NCBI GenBank assembly: GCA_017505165.1
Contig: JAFVPU010000150.1
Span: 1-34,882, forward strand
From: Clostridia bacterium
GTDB lineage: Bacteria > Bacillota > Clostridia > Christensenellales > UBA1242
Length of the DNA stretch: 34,882 bases
Direction of reading: 5' to 3'
The notes under the pieces are model-generated. The model ran no database searches. It saw only the letters and a program-made list of their open reading frames with translations, and was not told the origin of the DNA. This document shows positions 17,474 to 27,459 of this stretch, piece after piece. Within the stretch, counting starts at the first letter, position 1; every line of letters begins with the position of its first letter. The translations under genes and the position numbers were made by a program.

Positions 17474-18091
17474 ATGATCAATGGTGTTGGATTTACGGGT
17501 AAGATGAAGTCTGGTAAAGATACCTGTGCAACTTACTTAACTGAAGAAATATTGAAATGGAAAGGTCCAAATTACATTATTAATAGGTTTGCATTTGCTG
17601 ATAGTCTTAAGGATATCTGTATGAACTACCTTGGACTCAGTAGACATGACTGTTACGATCAAGAAGGTAAAGAAGCTTTCAATGAATTTTGGGGAATGAC
17701 AAATCGTGAGATTCTCCAACGAGTTGGTACAGAGGCCATGAGAAATGGATTTCACCCTGACGTGTGGGCAAAAATAACAGAACTCAAAATTAAAGAAGCT
17801 GTTGATAATGGAGAATTTTTCATCATAACAGATGTAAGATTTCCAAATGAAGCTGAAACTATCATCAGAAATGGTGGAATAATCATCGAAGTTCTAAGAC
17901 CCAATACTGAATCAAATGGTATTCGAAATCATGCATCAGAACAAAGATTACCAATGGATCTCATCAGTCGTCAAGTAGTGAATAATAAAGATCTGGATAA
18001 TCTAAAAAATGAAATGATAATGATTAAATCTGTTATACGTCAGATTGAAAGAAAAACATCGATCTCAAATACCACTATTATAGCCGGATGA
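17474..18091 (+). CDS. Deoxynucleoside monophosphate kinase (T4 gp1 / T5 dnk-like)
   Basis: GFTGKMKSGKDT, FADSLK, REILQRVGTE, ITDVRFPNE and HASE motifs. Confidence 0.9.
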   Translation: MINGVGFTGKMKSGKDTCATYLTEEILKWKGPNYIINRFAFADSLKDICMNYLGLSRHDCYDQEGKEAFNEFWGMTNREILQRVGTEAMRNGFHPDVWAKITELKIKEAVDNGEFFIITDVRFPNEAETIIRNGGIIIEVLRPNTESNGIRNHASEQRLPMDLISRQVVNNKDLDNLKNEMIMIKSVIRQIERKTSISNTTIIAG

Positions 18092-18094
18092 GAA

Positions 18095-18104
18095 ACATGC
18101 TATG
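18095..18104 (+). promoter_or_regulatory. Putative late promoter (ACATGCTATG)
   Basis: Motif copy; a second variant GCATTCTATC lies at 18120-18129. Confidence 0.55.
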
Positions 18105-18143
18105 TCAATGAATAGAATAGCATTCTATCAATAGGAGAACATT

Positions 18144-18314
18144 ATGTCGTACAAAAAAGTACAGGTTTATACACTTACAGCAACTCTTGGTATTGTCAAG
18201 TCTGCTGTTTCGAGAGTTACTGGAAGTTCTACTTCCAATATCGATTCTATCGTTTACAATAGTCTCAATCGTGCTATATCAAAAAAGAAAGCAAATAGTA
18301 AGGGAGTTAAGTAA
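18144..18314 (+). CDS. Small basic protein (56 aa), probably virion-associated
   Basis: Not listed in the ORF track; AGGAG RBS; MSYKKVQVYTLTATLGIVKSAVSRVTG...KKKANSKGVK*; ends 2 nt before the next ATG. Confidence 0.7.
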   Translation: MSYKKVQVYTLTATLGIVKSAVSRVTGSSTSNIDSIVYNSLNRAISKKKANSKGVK

Positions 18315-18316
18315 TC

Positions 18317-19828
18317 ATGGGAAAATACAATTCTTTTGCTAACCTCCTGAAAGATCAGGCAACTCATGATAACCTTCCTGATATGTTATTTACGGACAAT
18401 GCCGATCTTCGTGGTTCCACCGCTCGTCTTGCAATAGCTTCAAGCTATGACGATGAAGTCTCTGCTGAAAACATTGTTGATGTGATCAAAGAATTTGACA
18501 GCTTTAATGAAGATGCTGAATACAACGGAATGTTTAGTAGCTTCGAAAACATTGCTCAGGCATTTGCATCAAAACTTCAGAATGGTGTTGATACTCTTCG
18601 CGCCATAAAAGAAGATGTCACATGGATCAAAGACAAACATGATGAAACCGTGGCTATGCGAATTGCAGAGAATCCTGTGCTCGCAAAAATCTGTGGTATT
18701 GAAAAAGAATTAACCATGGAAAATGCTGCATGGAATTACCTTGATGAAGTTGATGAACGATTCCTTATCACTGAACTTCATGACAAGATTGGTATGGATC
18801 CTGATCGTGAAATTAACAAGAGTGTGATCAGTCTGGTTATCAACGCAATGCCTTGTGCCAATCGCACCAATCAAGTTGAACTAAAAGCTATCGAAATTGG
18901 TGCAGACAAATTTAATGCATCTGTCGATAAACTTGCTGAATTCGTTCAGGGAGAGTCTAAAGAAACAGTAGCTGGAATGTTCGCTAATCTTCTGAAGCTT
19001 GATACTTATTCATGTGAACTCGCTGTCAGAAGTGCTACCAACTTTGCAAATGGTAAAACCCTTAGCAAACTGAACGACATCCTGCATATTTCTGTTGCTT
19101 ACAACAAGCTATTCGATGCTATCAAACGCGTTGATCTTGATATTGCAACATCAACTCTTGAAGAAATCGGCACTCATGTTGATGCAATGCATGCAATCAG
19201 CAGCACAATGCTGTACATCGCTTCTTACTACAGAAATACAATTTGGAAAGATTCAGTGTTGTTACCTGGTCCTTATGTGAATACAGACAACCTTTCTGCA
19301 TTTGAAAATGAAGGCGGAACGATTACAAACATCGTCCATCACTACAATCGATTCTTCAAAGATATCGCAGTGCCGTCTAACGGTATCACTGGCAAATTCA
19401 TTATGCAGTCAGCAGAAAGACTTGAAAAAGAATTCTCTGATGAAGCAACCAAAAACATTGCTATTATCAACTCTGAAAAGAAAAACATCGAACGTGGATG
19501 CTTCATTGTTGCATCTGTTGAATATCTCCGTGGACAAAAACTAAGTCCTAAGTTTCCGAATTCTTTGAATCTTGATAAATATGCAGCATCAGTGTTCGAC
19601 AGTATGCCTGAAGCACCTATCGAATCTCGTTTCTACAAACTTATCATCAATTCAATCCATCCAAACACCATCACATCCATGCTGTATGATCGTCTCAGTA
19701 AAGAGTATACATCATACGCAGCAAAGACAGGTAAACTCACAAAAGAAACCTGTGCTGAACTCGATGAAAAGGTATACTCTGATATGATCTGTGAATACCT
19801 TGTTAATCAGGGTGTTGTTATTGTTTGA
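18317..19828 (+). CDS. Putative virion structural protein
   Basis: 503 aa under a late-type motif; VSAE and SSFE candidate cleavage sites; YVNTDNLSAFENEGGT recalls a conserved phiKZ-like virion family (unverified). Confidence 0.55.
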   Translation: MGKYNSFANLLKDQATHDNLPDMLFTDNADLRGSTARLAIASSYDDEVSAENIVDVIKEFDSFNEDAEYNGMFSSFENIAQAFASKLQNGVDTLRAIKEDVTWIKDKHDETVAMRIAENPVLAKICGIEKELTMENAAWNYLDEVDERFLITELHDKIGMDPDREINKSVISLVINAMPCANRTNQVELKAIEIGADKFNASVDKLAEFVQGESKETVAGMFANLLKLDTYSCELAVRSATNFANGKTLSKLNDILHISVAYNKLFDAIKRVDLDIATSTLEEIGTHVDAMHAISSTMLYIASYYRNTIWKDSVLLPGPYVNTDNLSAFENEGGTITNIVHHYNRFFKDIAVPSNGITGKFIMQSAERLEKEFSDEATKNIAIINSEKKNIERGCFIVASVEYLRGQKLSPKFPNSLNLDKYAASVFDSMPEAPIESRFYKLIINSIHPNTITSMLYDRLSKEYTSYAAKTGKLTKETCAELDEKVYSDMICEYLVNQGVVIV

Positions 19829-19848
19829 TTGAAAAAAGAAATTAATAC

Positions 19849-19883
19849 ACGTATACAAGAGGACTAAGTCCTCTTGTATACGT
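19849..19883. terminator. Bidirectional hairpin between convergent genes
   Basis: 17-bp inverted repeat ACGTATACAAGAGGACT/AGTCCTCTTGTATACGT. Confidence 0.8.
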
Positions 19884-19907
19884 ATAATTTATTGTTTGTG
19901 CTGTGTG

Positions 19908-20237
19908 TTATTCAAAGCCGCCTTCTTCGAATTCCAGACGATCTTCATAATCATCTAATTCATCGAAGTCTCCTTCAAACTCATTATCAGAAAGATCACC
20001 CATGACATCATCACCGAGAGCTTCCCGAATAGTACGAGAATCTTCGTCATCGTAATCGTCTTCTTCAAAGTCAAAATCGTCTTCGCCGAATTCTTCACAT
20101 TCACCATAATCGACATCATCAGATTCAATCATGTTACCACCATAATAACACTCAGGACAGTAAATTGATTCATCAATGTTACTGTCCATGAAATCTTCAA
20201 CGTCAAACGGTTTTCCACAGCTTTTGCAAATACTCAT
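19908..20237 (-). CDS. Highly acidic protein with N-terminal Zn ribbon
   Basis: CKSC...CPEC; 44 of 109 residues are D/E and 5 are K/R; AAGGAG RBS. Confidence 0.8.
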   Translation of the reverse strand: MSICKSCGKPFDVEDFMDSNIDESIYCPECYYGGNMIESDDVDYGECEEFGEDDFDFEEDDYDDEDSRTIREALGDDVMGDLSDNEFEGDFDELDDYEDRLEFEEGGFE

Positions 20238-20261
20238 GTTGTTGCTCCTTGTTTGTATGGT

Positions 20262-21542
20262 TTAGTTAAGAATGTTTGGTTGTTGTTTGCAATATGTCCA
20301 AATGGAATTTCCAATAACTTTGCATGGAGTATGTTCGTATTCAAGATTTTTCTCGATATGCTCACACACTTCATTTATATCAAGTCTCGGATCGAGGACA
20401 TAAATGCGGTATCTATACCACCCAGATTTTGTCATGAAATGAAATACTCCAAGTGTATACATATTACTCAATCCAGTGATGTAAAATGCATCAAGTGATG
20501 CAGTTGGATGATTGATACATATTGCTGTGTATCGTTCGGCAAGAACCGTCGGATATTGGTGAGACCACACCAACGGAACATATCCTGTATTTGAGTATCG
20601 TCTCACAATTGGATCTTCAAATGTAAGTTCAAATATGGGTTTAAGTATATTTTCATACGAAGGTTCTTCATACGAAGACGGTGTTTTAAATGGAAGAGTT
20701 TCACAAGCAAAACCAGCTGCATCTGAATGTCCACCACCACCGTATTTACGTGCGACAAGATTCACAGGATACTTCTTATCAATTGTAAATATAGAAACCC
20801 TGTATTTTGCAATGTTTGAGAAGTAACTGAACAGAATTCTGTATGGATAATCTTTGTATCTATCATTCATGGAATCAAACAAGAGACTGTTCGAATTCTT
20901 AACATTACAAGCCAGTGCTGGAATTCCATCAAGTTCTGTTTCAAATGCCCCATCATCAACAACTGTTTTGTTATGAACTTTGATGAAGTTGTCGATCTTC
21001 TTTCCTATGATACAAATTCTCTCGACATAATCAGGATCGACAAGAATGTGATCAACAATCTTATCAGTTTTTCGATCATTAGGACTGAGATCCATCATAC
21101 CAAGACCATAGTGGAAATAAAGAGCATTTATGTTCTTATCCCATTTCCATGTATCATAATCTGACACATATTGAATTGCTCTTGGGATAGGTTCATTTGG
21201 ATACAAATACTGCCAAGTGAGCATGGCAGCAGATACAGACTTTGAACGCAAACCTTCTGGATTGAAATTAACTTTTGCAGCATCATCGACAATCGGATGA
21301 TGATCAATCCAGACCAATTGTGTTTTTGTTGAGATTCTCTGTAATACTTCAAATGAATCGAAACTAAAATCGGTAACAAATGTAATATCACCAAGTATCG
21401 ATTCATCAAAGCTTTTACCATAATTGGTAAGATACATTCGAGTCTGTGGGTATTTTCGTTTTACGAGAAATGCACAGAACTTTCCATCGTCATCGACATG
21501 CGAGATGCATGTAACAGTATTGTGGGGTTTTACTTCAATCAT
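20262..21542 (-). CDS. DHH/DHHA1 phosphoesterase with C-terminal extension
   Basis: SHVDDDG, VTDFS, WIDHH, SAAMLTW, DYDTW and GGGGHSDAAGF motifs. Confidence 0.9.
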   Translation of the reverse strand: MIEVKPHNTVTCISHVDDDGKFCAFLVKRKYPQTRMYLTNYGKSFDESILGDITFVTDFSFDSFEVLQRISTKTQLVWIDHHPIVDDAAKVNFNPEGLRSKSVSAAMLTWQYLYPNEPIPRAIQYVSDYDTWKWDKNINALYFHYGLGMMDLSPNDRKTDKIVDHILVDPDYVERICIIGKKIDNFIKVHNKTVVDDGAFETELDGIPALACNVKNSNSLLFDSMNDRYKDYPYRILFSYFSNIAKYRVSIFTIDKKYPVNLVARKYGGGGHSDAAGFACETLPFKTPSSYEEPSYENILKPIFELTFEDPIVRRYSNTGYVPLVWSHQYPTVLAERYTAICINHPTASLDAFYITGLSNMYTLGVFHFMTKSGWYRYRIYVLDPRLDINEVCEHIEKNLEYEHTPCKVIGNSIWTYCKQQPNILN

Positions 21543-21569
21543 TTTAATCTCCTTATTGGTAAGTTATAT

Positions 21570-21585
21570 TCACTTATGTAATATA
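21570..21585 (-). promoter_or_regulatory. Early phage promoter TATATTAC-N5-TGA
   Basis: TATATTAC ATAAG TGAATAT, about 28 nt before the DHH start. Confidence 0.75.
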
Positions 21586-21652
21586 TTGTTACCTTTCTTA
21601 TGAATCTAAATATATTCATATTTAATCACTATATTTGTGCGTAATTGCTGAA

Positions 21653-21662
21653 GCATTCTATA
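21653..21662 (+). promoter_or_regulatory. Putative late promoter (GCATTCTATA)
   Basis: Motif copy upstream of the tail-fibre operon. Confidence 0.55.
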
Positions 21663-21726
21663 CTAAATATTAATAACCAGATGGTCTGGTTTTCGTCTCA
21701 TTGTCTCATATAGAAAGGATCTATAC

Positions 21727-24700
21727 ATGGCAAGTATTATCAATGGCGAAAGCTCTCCAAACTACTATGTAACACCCACTGGCATCACTATCGGCGGTCG
21801 CACAAAAGAATATGCGACTATTGCAGACATGTTGGCTGATACCAATCCTGGTAAATATGCCAGAGTTGCTGACGCCACCGGTGATACAACTGTTAAACAT
21901 GGAGCGGCTGTTTATCGCAGAGAAGGAACCGATTGGGTTAAGGTCTATGAAGAAGAATCTATGGACATGGAAAGTGTTATCACTTGGGATACACTTGCCG
22001 GAAAACCCAATGTTACTGCTCAGGCTGTAGAAGGTGCTATCGCGTCAGCACATAGTCACACCAACTACAGTGTTATCTCAAAACTCGGTGTAGATACCTC
22101 TGGCAATCTTACACTCGATGGAAATCCCGTTGGAAGTAATGGTCAGGATGCATCAGCAGCTATTGCACGTCTTGATGTTTTGGAACCAACCGTTACTAAT
22201 CTTGAAGCTACTGTTTCTGCACATGGAACTGACATCGCTGCTCTACAGAATCAGAATTATGTTTTTTCTGTCAATGGTGTAACACCAGATGCTAATGGTA
22301 GCATCACAATTCCTGTTGGTAATCCTAACAGTGTTCTGTATGTTGATGCAATGCCTGAACCTTCTGCTGACTTGGTTGGTAAAGTTGTGTTCTATAGTGG
22401 AGCATCTACAGCAACTTTCACAGCTGGTAATGTTTACAGATGTGTTCTCAATAGCAATTCTGTTTATGAGTGGAAAGTCATCACTGACAACTCCGAGATC
22501 ACTACACTGGCTAGTCTTGTTGCAACAAACACTGCGAACATTTCTACCAATCAGAATGGTATTCTTGCTAATACCAATGCCATCAATTCTCTTGATGCAC
22601 GTGTTATCACAGTAGAAGGCAAAGCACACGAACACAACACTGAAACCAACTTCGTCTTCTCAAATGAAGTGTTTGGTTGTACTGAAAAAGTTGAAACTTA
22701 TAAAACGTTTAACGAATTCAGTCTACCTGAAGAAGTTACTTTCAGTTTCATGACTTCTACAGAAACTGGTTACATCCTTGTTGGTAACGATAAGCTCTAT
22801 TGGACCAATTCTGCGTCTGGAAAATACGACGGTGTTCTTGATGATCTCACCGGAGATCTAACGAACATCACTTGGGGAGCATCTTCAAACAACGTTCTTG
22901 CTGTGATCGCTGATGGATCAATGTATGTCCGTGCTCACGATGCCGATATAACCAAACTTCCTGCAGCTGGAACACTTCTTGGTGAAGTAGAAACGCTGTC
23001 AAAAGATTCATGGACTATAGTCCCTGGTGGTAAAACATGGAAACAGATCTCCTGTCATGTTGAAAACTGGTTGGCTATTGACAACGATGGCAACCTGTAT
23101 GTTGCTGGTAAAAATTACTACGGTTTGCAGTTAAACGATGAAACAACAGGTGTTGTGAATTCTTTAACTCTCGCCGATGATTCTGGCGACTGGATCGATA
23201 TCGGAACTGGTAGATACCACAACATGGGTATGCGCGGTACCATTGATGAAAATGGTGTCAAACACGGTACGATTTATGCATGGGGTCAACTTTGGACTGG
23301 TGCAGTTGGTAATGGTATCAGCTACAGACAGGACATGAAAAAGACTTATGCCTGGGTGAATGGTGACACTGTTGTTCATACATTCTCAGCTACTCCTGTT
23401 GCAAATGCTACTGTGTATGCATTTGCTGACAAGATGACTATTCTCGGACGTCTCAGTGCAAATGCAAGCAACAATGCTTTAGTACTCGATGGAGTGTCTT
23501 ACACTAGAGATTCATCTTACGATATCAATCCTAGTACTCTGTACACAAAAACGATTACTCCTCTTGCTGTACCAACGTTTGATTCAGATGGTAATGTAAC
23601 AAACACTACTGTGTATAGTGACTGGTTCAAGATGGAAACTGGTTACTACCACAATGCTGCATTACGTAAAGATCCTACAACTGGAAAAACAGAAGTCTAC
23701 TTGTGGGGTGATAATGAATATGGGCAATTTGGTAATGGCAACTACGTCAATGGAACACTGACTCAGTCAACTCTGACTGAAGACAATGCTGCGTTGGTTG
23801 AGTTGTGGTCTTGGCCTACAAAGATTGAAGATAGTCGTTTCGATGATGCAATCGATATTCGATGCGCGCATTACGGTACGTTTATTCGTTGTGCTTCTGG
23901 TAAGATTTATTTTGCTGGTTGCAACAAAAGAAACTACCTTGGTACTGGAACATTCTCTGAAGAAACTGCGTTCATTCCTCACTTCACAGAATTGTCAACC
24001 ATGTTCCGTAACAACATTCCGTTGGTTTCAACCTACGGTGCTATGGTTGTTCGTAACTCACCGAGATTGTCTGATGATGCAGATGCTGTTGTAAGTGCAG
24101 CATTCACATATCCTCTGACTCCTAAGAATCTTGATGCTGCTATCACTGCATCTCACAACCACAGTATCGATACTGCAACGATTGATGCTGCTGCTATTCT
24201 TGTCAGTCAGTTTGCTTCTGCAATTCCGTTGGCTGCATCACACGCACACTCACATTTCAATCTTGCAGACTTGAATGCTATTGCTGTTCGTAACGGTGTG
24301 TTGTATATTAACAACAATCCTTACGGAGGTGGAAGCTCTAGTTCTGGTGTTGGTGGATCAGGAGTTACTGTTGATCCGACCAATGTTAAGTTGGATTCTC
24401 TTACTGACATTGCCGGTCTTAGTAACTTGTCTGGTGGTTTTGGATTTGAAGTTCTTTCTTATCGCAAAGTCAGTGATACTGAAGCATACATCCACGTTGC
24501 TCCTAAAGGTAACGTTATAAACTGCCAGGGACGTTATGTGGATCTTCGATCCTCAGCTGATACTGAAATCATAAGTGCTGAAGAACAGGCAAAAGGTCTG
24601 TACGCGGTTTGTTCTAACAGTTCTTCCAACAATGGTTATGTCTATTGTACAAAAGATCTTGTTACAAAAATGGAAGCTGTTGCAGCAAGCAGTTCTGCAT

Positions 24701-26790
24701 ATCTTCGTCTGTACTATGTAGACACTTCCCATGCATCTTCTCCAGCAAGCGGAACTCTTGCATTGGAACTTTCTGGTGCTACTATTTCCAGTTATGGAAA
24801 GATGACTTGGAAACCTGCAATTGGTTCTGTGGTTGTTCCTGATTCCAAACTCTCTACCGACGATTTGCAGAGTGTTGGTGTTGGTTCCTACAGTAATGAA
24901 GAAGTTGCTTTCCAGACTATCTACACACGTGGTGGAGATGAACTCATCACTAAAGAAGCATTTGAAGCAAACAAATACTATCTCGAAGATGGTCGTGAAA
25001 TCACCAGTGTTGGTATGATCTCTATCTCAACTGGTCAGGATGAAAACGAAGAACCCACATATAGCGCTGTCTACTCTGATAGCACTGCCACAACAGTGAT
25101 CATCCCTGCTGAAACCGTTAAAGCTGGTATCTTTATCAAAGATGGTACTATGATGGTCCAAGTTAGACCTTACATGGTTCCTGAGAAATTCGATGAAAAT
25201 ATTTTTGCCAACGGTGCTATTTACATTCATCCAGGCAATACCAACTTTAGTGGTATGGCTAATCAGTCATACACCTTCGACTCAACCGCATACATCAGAG
25301 AAACAACTGCTGTTGATGGTGAGTATCCGATCAAATCAGCGATCTTAAGATTACATCGTGCTGTCACTGATGGTGATCCAACAAATACCAACTATACTCC
25401 GATGGCGGGTTCTCTCAACAACCCAATGTTTGCGGCTATCTACAGCCCCAACAGATACAGCACATCTAGTGTCAATGGTGAATATAACAGCGCTGTTGGC
25501 TTCAACAGTTCTGCTACTGGTAATCAGGTCACGGTTATTGGTGATTTCTCTAATGCTGTTGGTCTCTGTAACGTTGTTTCTGGTGACATGTCACAGACAG
25601 ATGGTCTCTACAACACCGTTGTCGGTTCTAACTCCAATGTACATGGTGAGTTTAACTTGGTTGGTGGTGCTGGTAACTATGTGTTTGGTGAAGGCAACGT
25701 TATATGCGGTCACTATACTTATGCATTTGGTAATGGAAACATGACCCTCGGCGTCCGTGGTATGGCAATTGGTATGAAGAACCTTACCAATAGCGACAGT
25801 ATCGCAATTGGACGTATGAACACCATGGAAAAGAGCAGTAAGTACTCTATCGCTCTTGGTAGTAATCTTACTGTTTATGCAGAAGGTGCAACCGTTATCG
25901 GTCAGCTTGCCTCTATTCCTAAGTTCATCGGTAATTTCCCTGGTGACAACCTCGATGAGCTGTACAGTATCACTGCTGAACAGTATGCATCACGTGGATA
26001 CGATGAAAAGTGGATCAGTAACAAAAACGGTATGTTCTTCTGTGCTGGAAACAAAGTCAACCAGGATATCAACACCGTTATTTCTCATGCATTCACTGAG
26101 TATATCGCTCGTCCAAACAATGCGTTCTTCAGTGCGGCTACTGGTTCGACTAACAGAAACATGGATCCGTACATTTACGAGCCATTCTTCCAGCATACCT
26201 TCACTGGTGTAATCAGACAGCAATTCACAGATGCTACAGCAGACGTTAATGATGCGACTAAGTTTACTTTCACACAACGTGATGGTGGACGGGTCAAATC
26301 GTTCGACCCTGGTATTGTGGTTGAATCTGGCGTAACGGCTATTGACCTTGATTTCAACAAAGCAACACGTTGGAAACTTCAGGATACTGAGAATGTCAAC
26401 ACCCTGGTTCCAAAGAACTTTGTTGATGGTGCAGAAGCATATGTGATCGTCTATGGTGGTGTCACTGTTTCCTGGACTACATTTGAATTTGGTGGTAATG
26501 TCGATGAATCTATTGACGCCAACCATTTCGATGGAATCGTCTGGACGGAAGGCGAAGCGCCACGTGCCGTTGACAGTTTCGCATATGGTTTCCAGATGAT
26601 CAAACTTATGGTCGTTGACAATACTGTCATTGCTCAGCTCATTGCTGATACTTGCACCAACGAACCAAGCGGCGCTATTGCTAATTACGCTATGAGAGCG
26701 GAAGCATCTGCAGCTGAAGCTGCTGGTAACGAAAGTGATGTTGAATCTCTGACTGAACAGGCAGAAGGACTCAATAACCAAGTTGGTTAA
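21727..26790 (+). CDS. Long mosaic tail fibre / receptor-binding protein
   Basis: SVNGVTPDANG, coiled coils, HxH motifs, RCC1/BLIP-II-like repeats (LYVAGKNYYG, VYLWGDNEYGQFG) and YadA-like Gly/Asn repeats (about 25470-25900). Confidence 0.8.
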   Translation: MASIINGESSPNYYVTPTGITIGGRTKEYATIADMLADTNPGKYARVADATGDTTVKHGAAVYRREGTDWVKVYEEESMDMESVITWDTLAGKPNVTAQAVEGAIASAHSHTNYSVISKLGVDTSGNLTLDGNPVGSNGQDASAAIARLDVLEPTVTNLEATVSAHGTDIAALQNQNYVFSVNGVTPDANGSITIPVGNPNSVLYVDAMPEPSADLVGKVVFYSGASTATFTAGNVYRCVLNSNSVYEWKVITDNSEITTLASLVATNTANISTNQNGILANTNAINSLDARVITVEGKAHEHNTETNFVFSNEVFGCTEKVETYKTFNEFSLPEEVTFSFMTSTETGYILVGNDKLYWTNSASGKYDGVLDDLTGDLTNITWGASSNNVLAVIADGSMYVRAHDADITKLPAAGTLLGEVETLSKDSWTIVPGGKTWKQISCHVENWLAIDNDGNLYVAGKNYYGLQLNDETTGVVNSLTLADDSGDWIDIGTGRYHNMGMRGTIDENGVKHGTIYAWGQLWTGAVGNGISYRQDMKKTYAWVNGDTVVHTFSATPVANATVYAFADKMTILGRLSANASNNALVLDGVSYTRDSSYDINPSTLYTKTITPLAVPTFDSDGNVTNTTVYSDWFKMETGYYHNAALRKDPTTGKTEVYLWGDNEYGQFGNGNYVNGTLTQSTLTEDNAALVELWSWPTKIEDSRFDDAIDIRCAHYGTFIRCASGKIYFAGCNKRNYLGTGTFSEETAFIPHFTELSTMFRNNIPLVSTYGAMVVRNSPRLSDDADAVVSAAFTYPLTPKNLDAAITASHNHSIDTATIDAAAILVSQFASAIPLAASHAHSHFNLADLNAIAVRNGVLYINNNPYGGGSSSSGVGGSGVTVDPTNVKLDSLTDIAGLSNLSGGFGFEVLSYRKVSDTEAYIHVAPKGNVINCQGRYVDLRSSADTEIISAEEQAKGLYAVCSNSSSNNGYVYCTKDLVTKMEAVAASSSAYLRLYYVDTSHASSPASGTLALELSGATISSYGKMTWKPAIGSVVVPDSKLSTDDLQSVGVGSYSNEEVAFQTIYTRGGDELITKEAFEANKYYLEDGREITSVGMISISTGQDENEEPTYSAVYSDSTATTVIIPAETVKAGIFIKDGTMMVQVRPYMVPEKFDENIFANGAIYIHPGNTNFSGMANQSYTFDSTAYIRETTAVDGEYPIKSAILRLHRAVTDGDPTNTNYTPMAGSLNNPMFAAIYSPNRYSTSSVNGEYNSAVGFNSSATGNQVTVIGDFSNAVGLCNVVSGDMSQTDGLYNTVVGSNSNVHGEFNLVGGAGNYVFGEGNVICGHYTYAFGNGNMTLGVRGMAIGMKNLTNSDSIAIGRMNTMEKSSKYSIALGSNLTVYAEGATVIGQLASIPKFIGNFPGDNLDELYSITAEQYASRGYDEKWISNKNGMFFCAGNKVNQDINTVISHAFTEYIARPNNAFFSAATGSTNRNMDPYIYEPFFQHTFTGVIRQQFTDATADVNDATKFTFTQRDGGRVKSFDPGIVVESGVTAIDLDFNKATRWKLQDTENVNTLVPKNFVDGAEAYVIVYGGVTVSWTTFEFGGNVDESIDANHFDGIVWTEGEAPRAVDSFAYGFQMIKLMVVDNTVIAQLIADTCTNEPSGAIANYAMRAEASAAEAAGNESDVESLTEQAEGLNNQVG

Positions 26791-26799
26791 ACAGAATCA

Positions 26800-26826
26800 C
26801 ATGTGGGAGGATAATCCTCCCACATG
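26800..26826 (+). terminator. Intra-operon hairpin
   Basis: 12-bp stem CATGTGGGAGGA/TCCTCCCACATG followed by CTTTT. Confidence 0.6.
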
Positions 26827-26847
26827 CTTTTAAATCAAGAGGTAAAT

Positions 26848-27459
26848 ATGTCTAAATTCGTGTTTCTTAAAGACGGTGTCGAACTTGATTTCGCCACTCA
26901 GAACATTGAAGTTGAACAGACCGTTGTCGTCAAAGTGAAAAAATCTCTTTGGTCTGGTATCGGCGTTCACAAAAGCATCGAAGAGCTTGCTGCTCTCGGT
27001 GTACAGATCAAACACATCCCTTCACAGACTGCTGCTCGTACCGAGTATGAGAAAATTGTCAAACTGTATGCTGCTGTTCCTGAATTTGCAACACGAGTTG
27101 CAGAATGGAAAGCCATGTTTGATGAGCTTGGTATCGGATACGACGCAACTGTTGAAGACATTGCAAATGCTGAAAAAGCAAAATTCGGTGAAGACAGTAC
27201 TTCACGTGCCGACTTCCACGATGCTTTCATGGGTAAACGAACCGAGGTCATGGTCAACTACCAAGCTGCTGAAAAATTTGTCAGCGGAGATATGGATGTA
27301 TCTGTTGACGATTTCACTATGTGGACCACCACATCAACTCTGGTGAAATGGCTTCCTGGTACTTATGAAGAAAAAGATATTCCTGCACTCAGAGTCGAAA
27401 CCATTGTCGAATCTGACGAACAGGAAGAACAGCTTAAAGCTGAGGATGCAGCTCTGTAA
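26848..27459 (+). CDS. Hypothetical protein, possible tail-fibre chaperone
   Basis: GAGGT RBS favours the ATG at 26848; directly follows the fibre gene. Confidence 0.6.
   Translation: MSKFVFLKDGVELDFATQNIEVEQTVVVKVKKSLWSGIGVHKSIEELAALGVQIKHIPSQTAARTEYEKIVKLYAAVPEFATRVAEWKAMFDELGIGYDATVEDIANAEKAKFGEDSTSRADFHDAFMGKRTEVMVNYQAAEKFVSGDMDVSVDDFTMWTTTSTLVKWLPGTYEEKDIPALRVETIVESDEQEEQLKAEDAAL

Noticed and set aside
25990-26781. 263-aa minus-strand ORF and similar nested ORFs across the window (e.g. 5157..5753, 2486..2935)
   Set aside because: Antisense or off-frame shadows of long genes, without RBS or protein-like composition.
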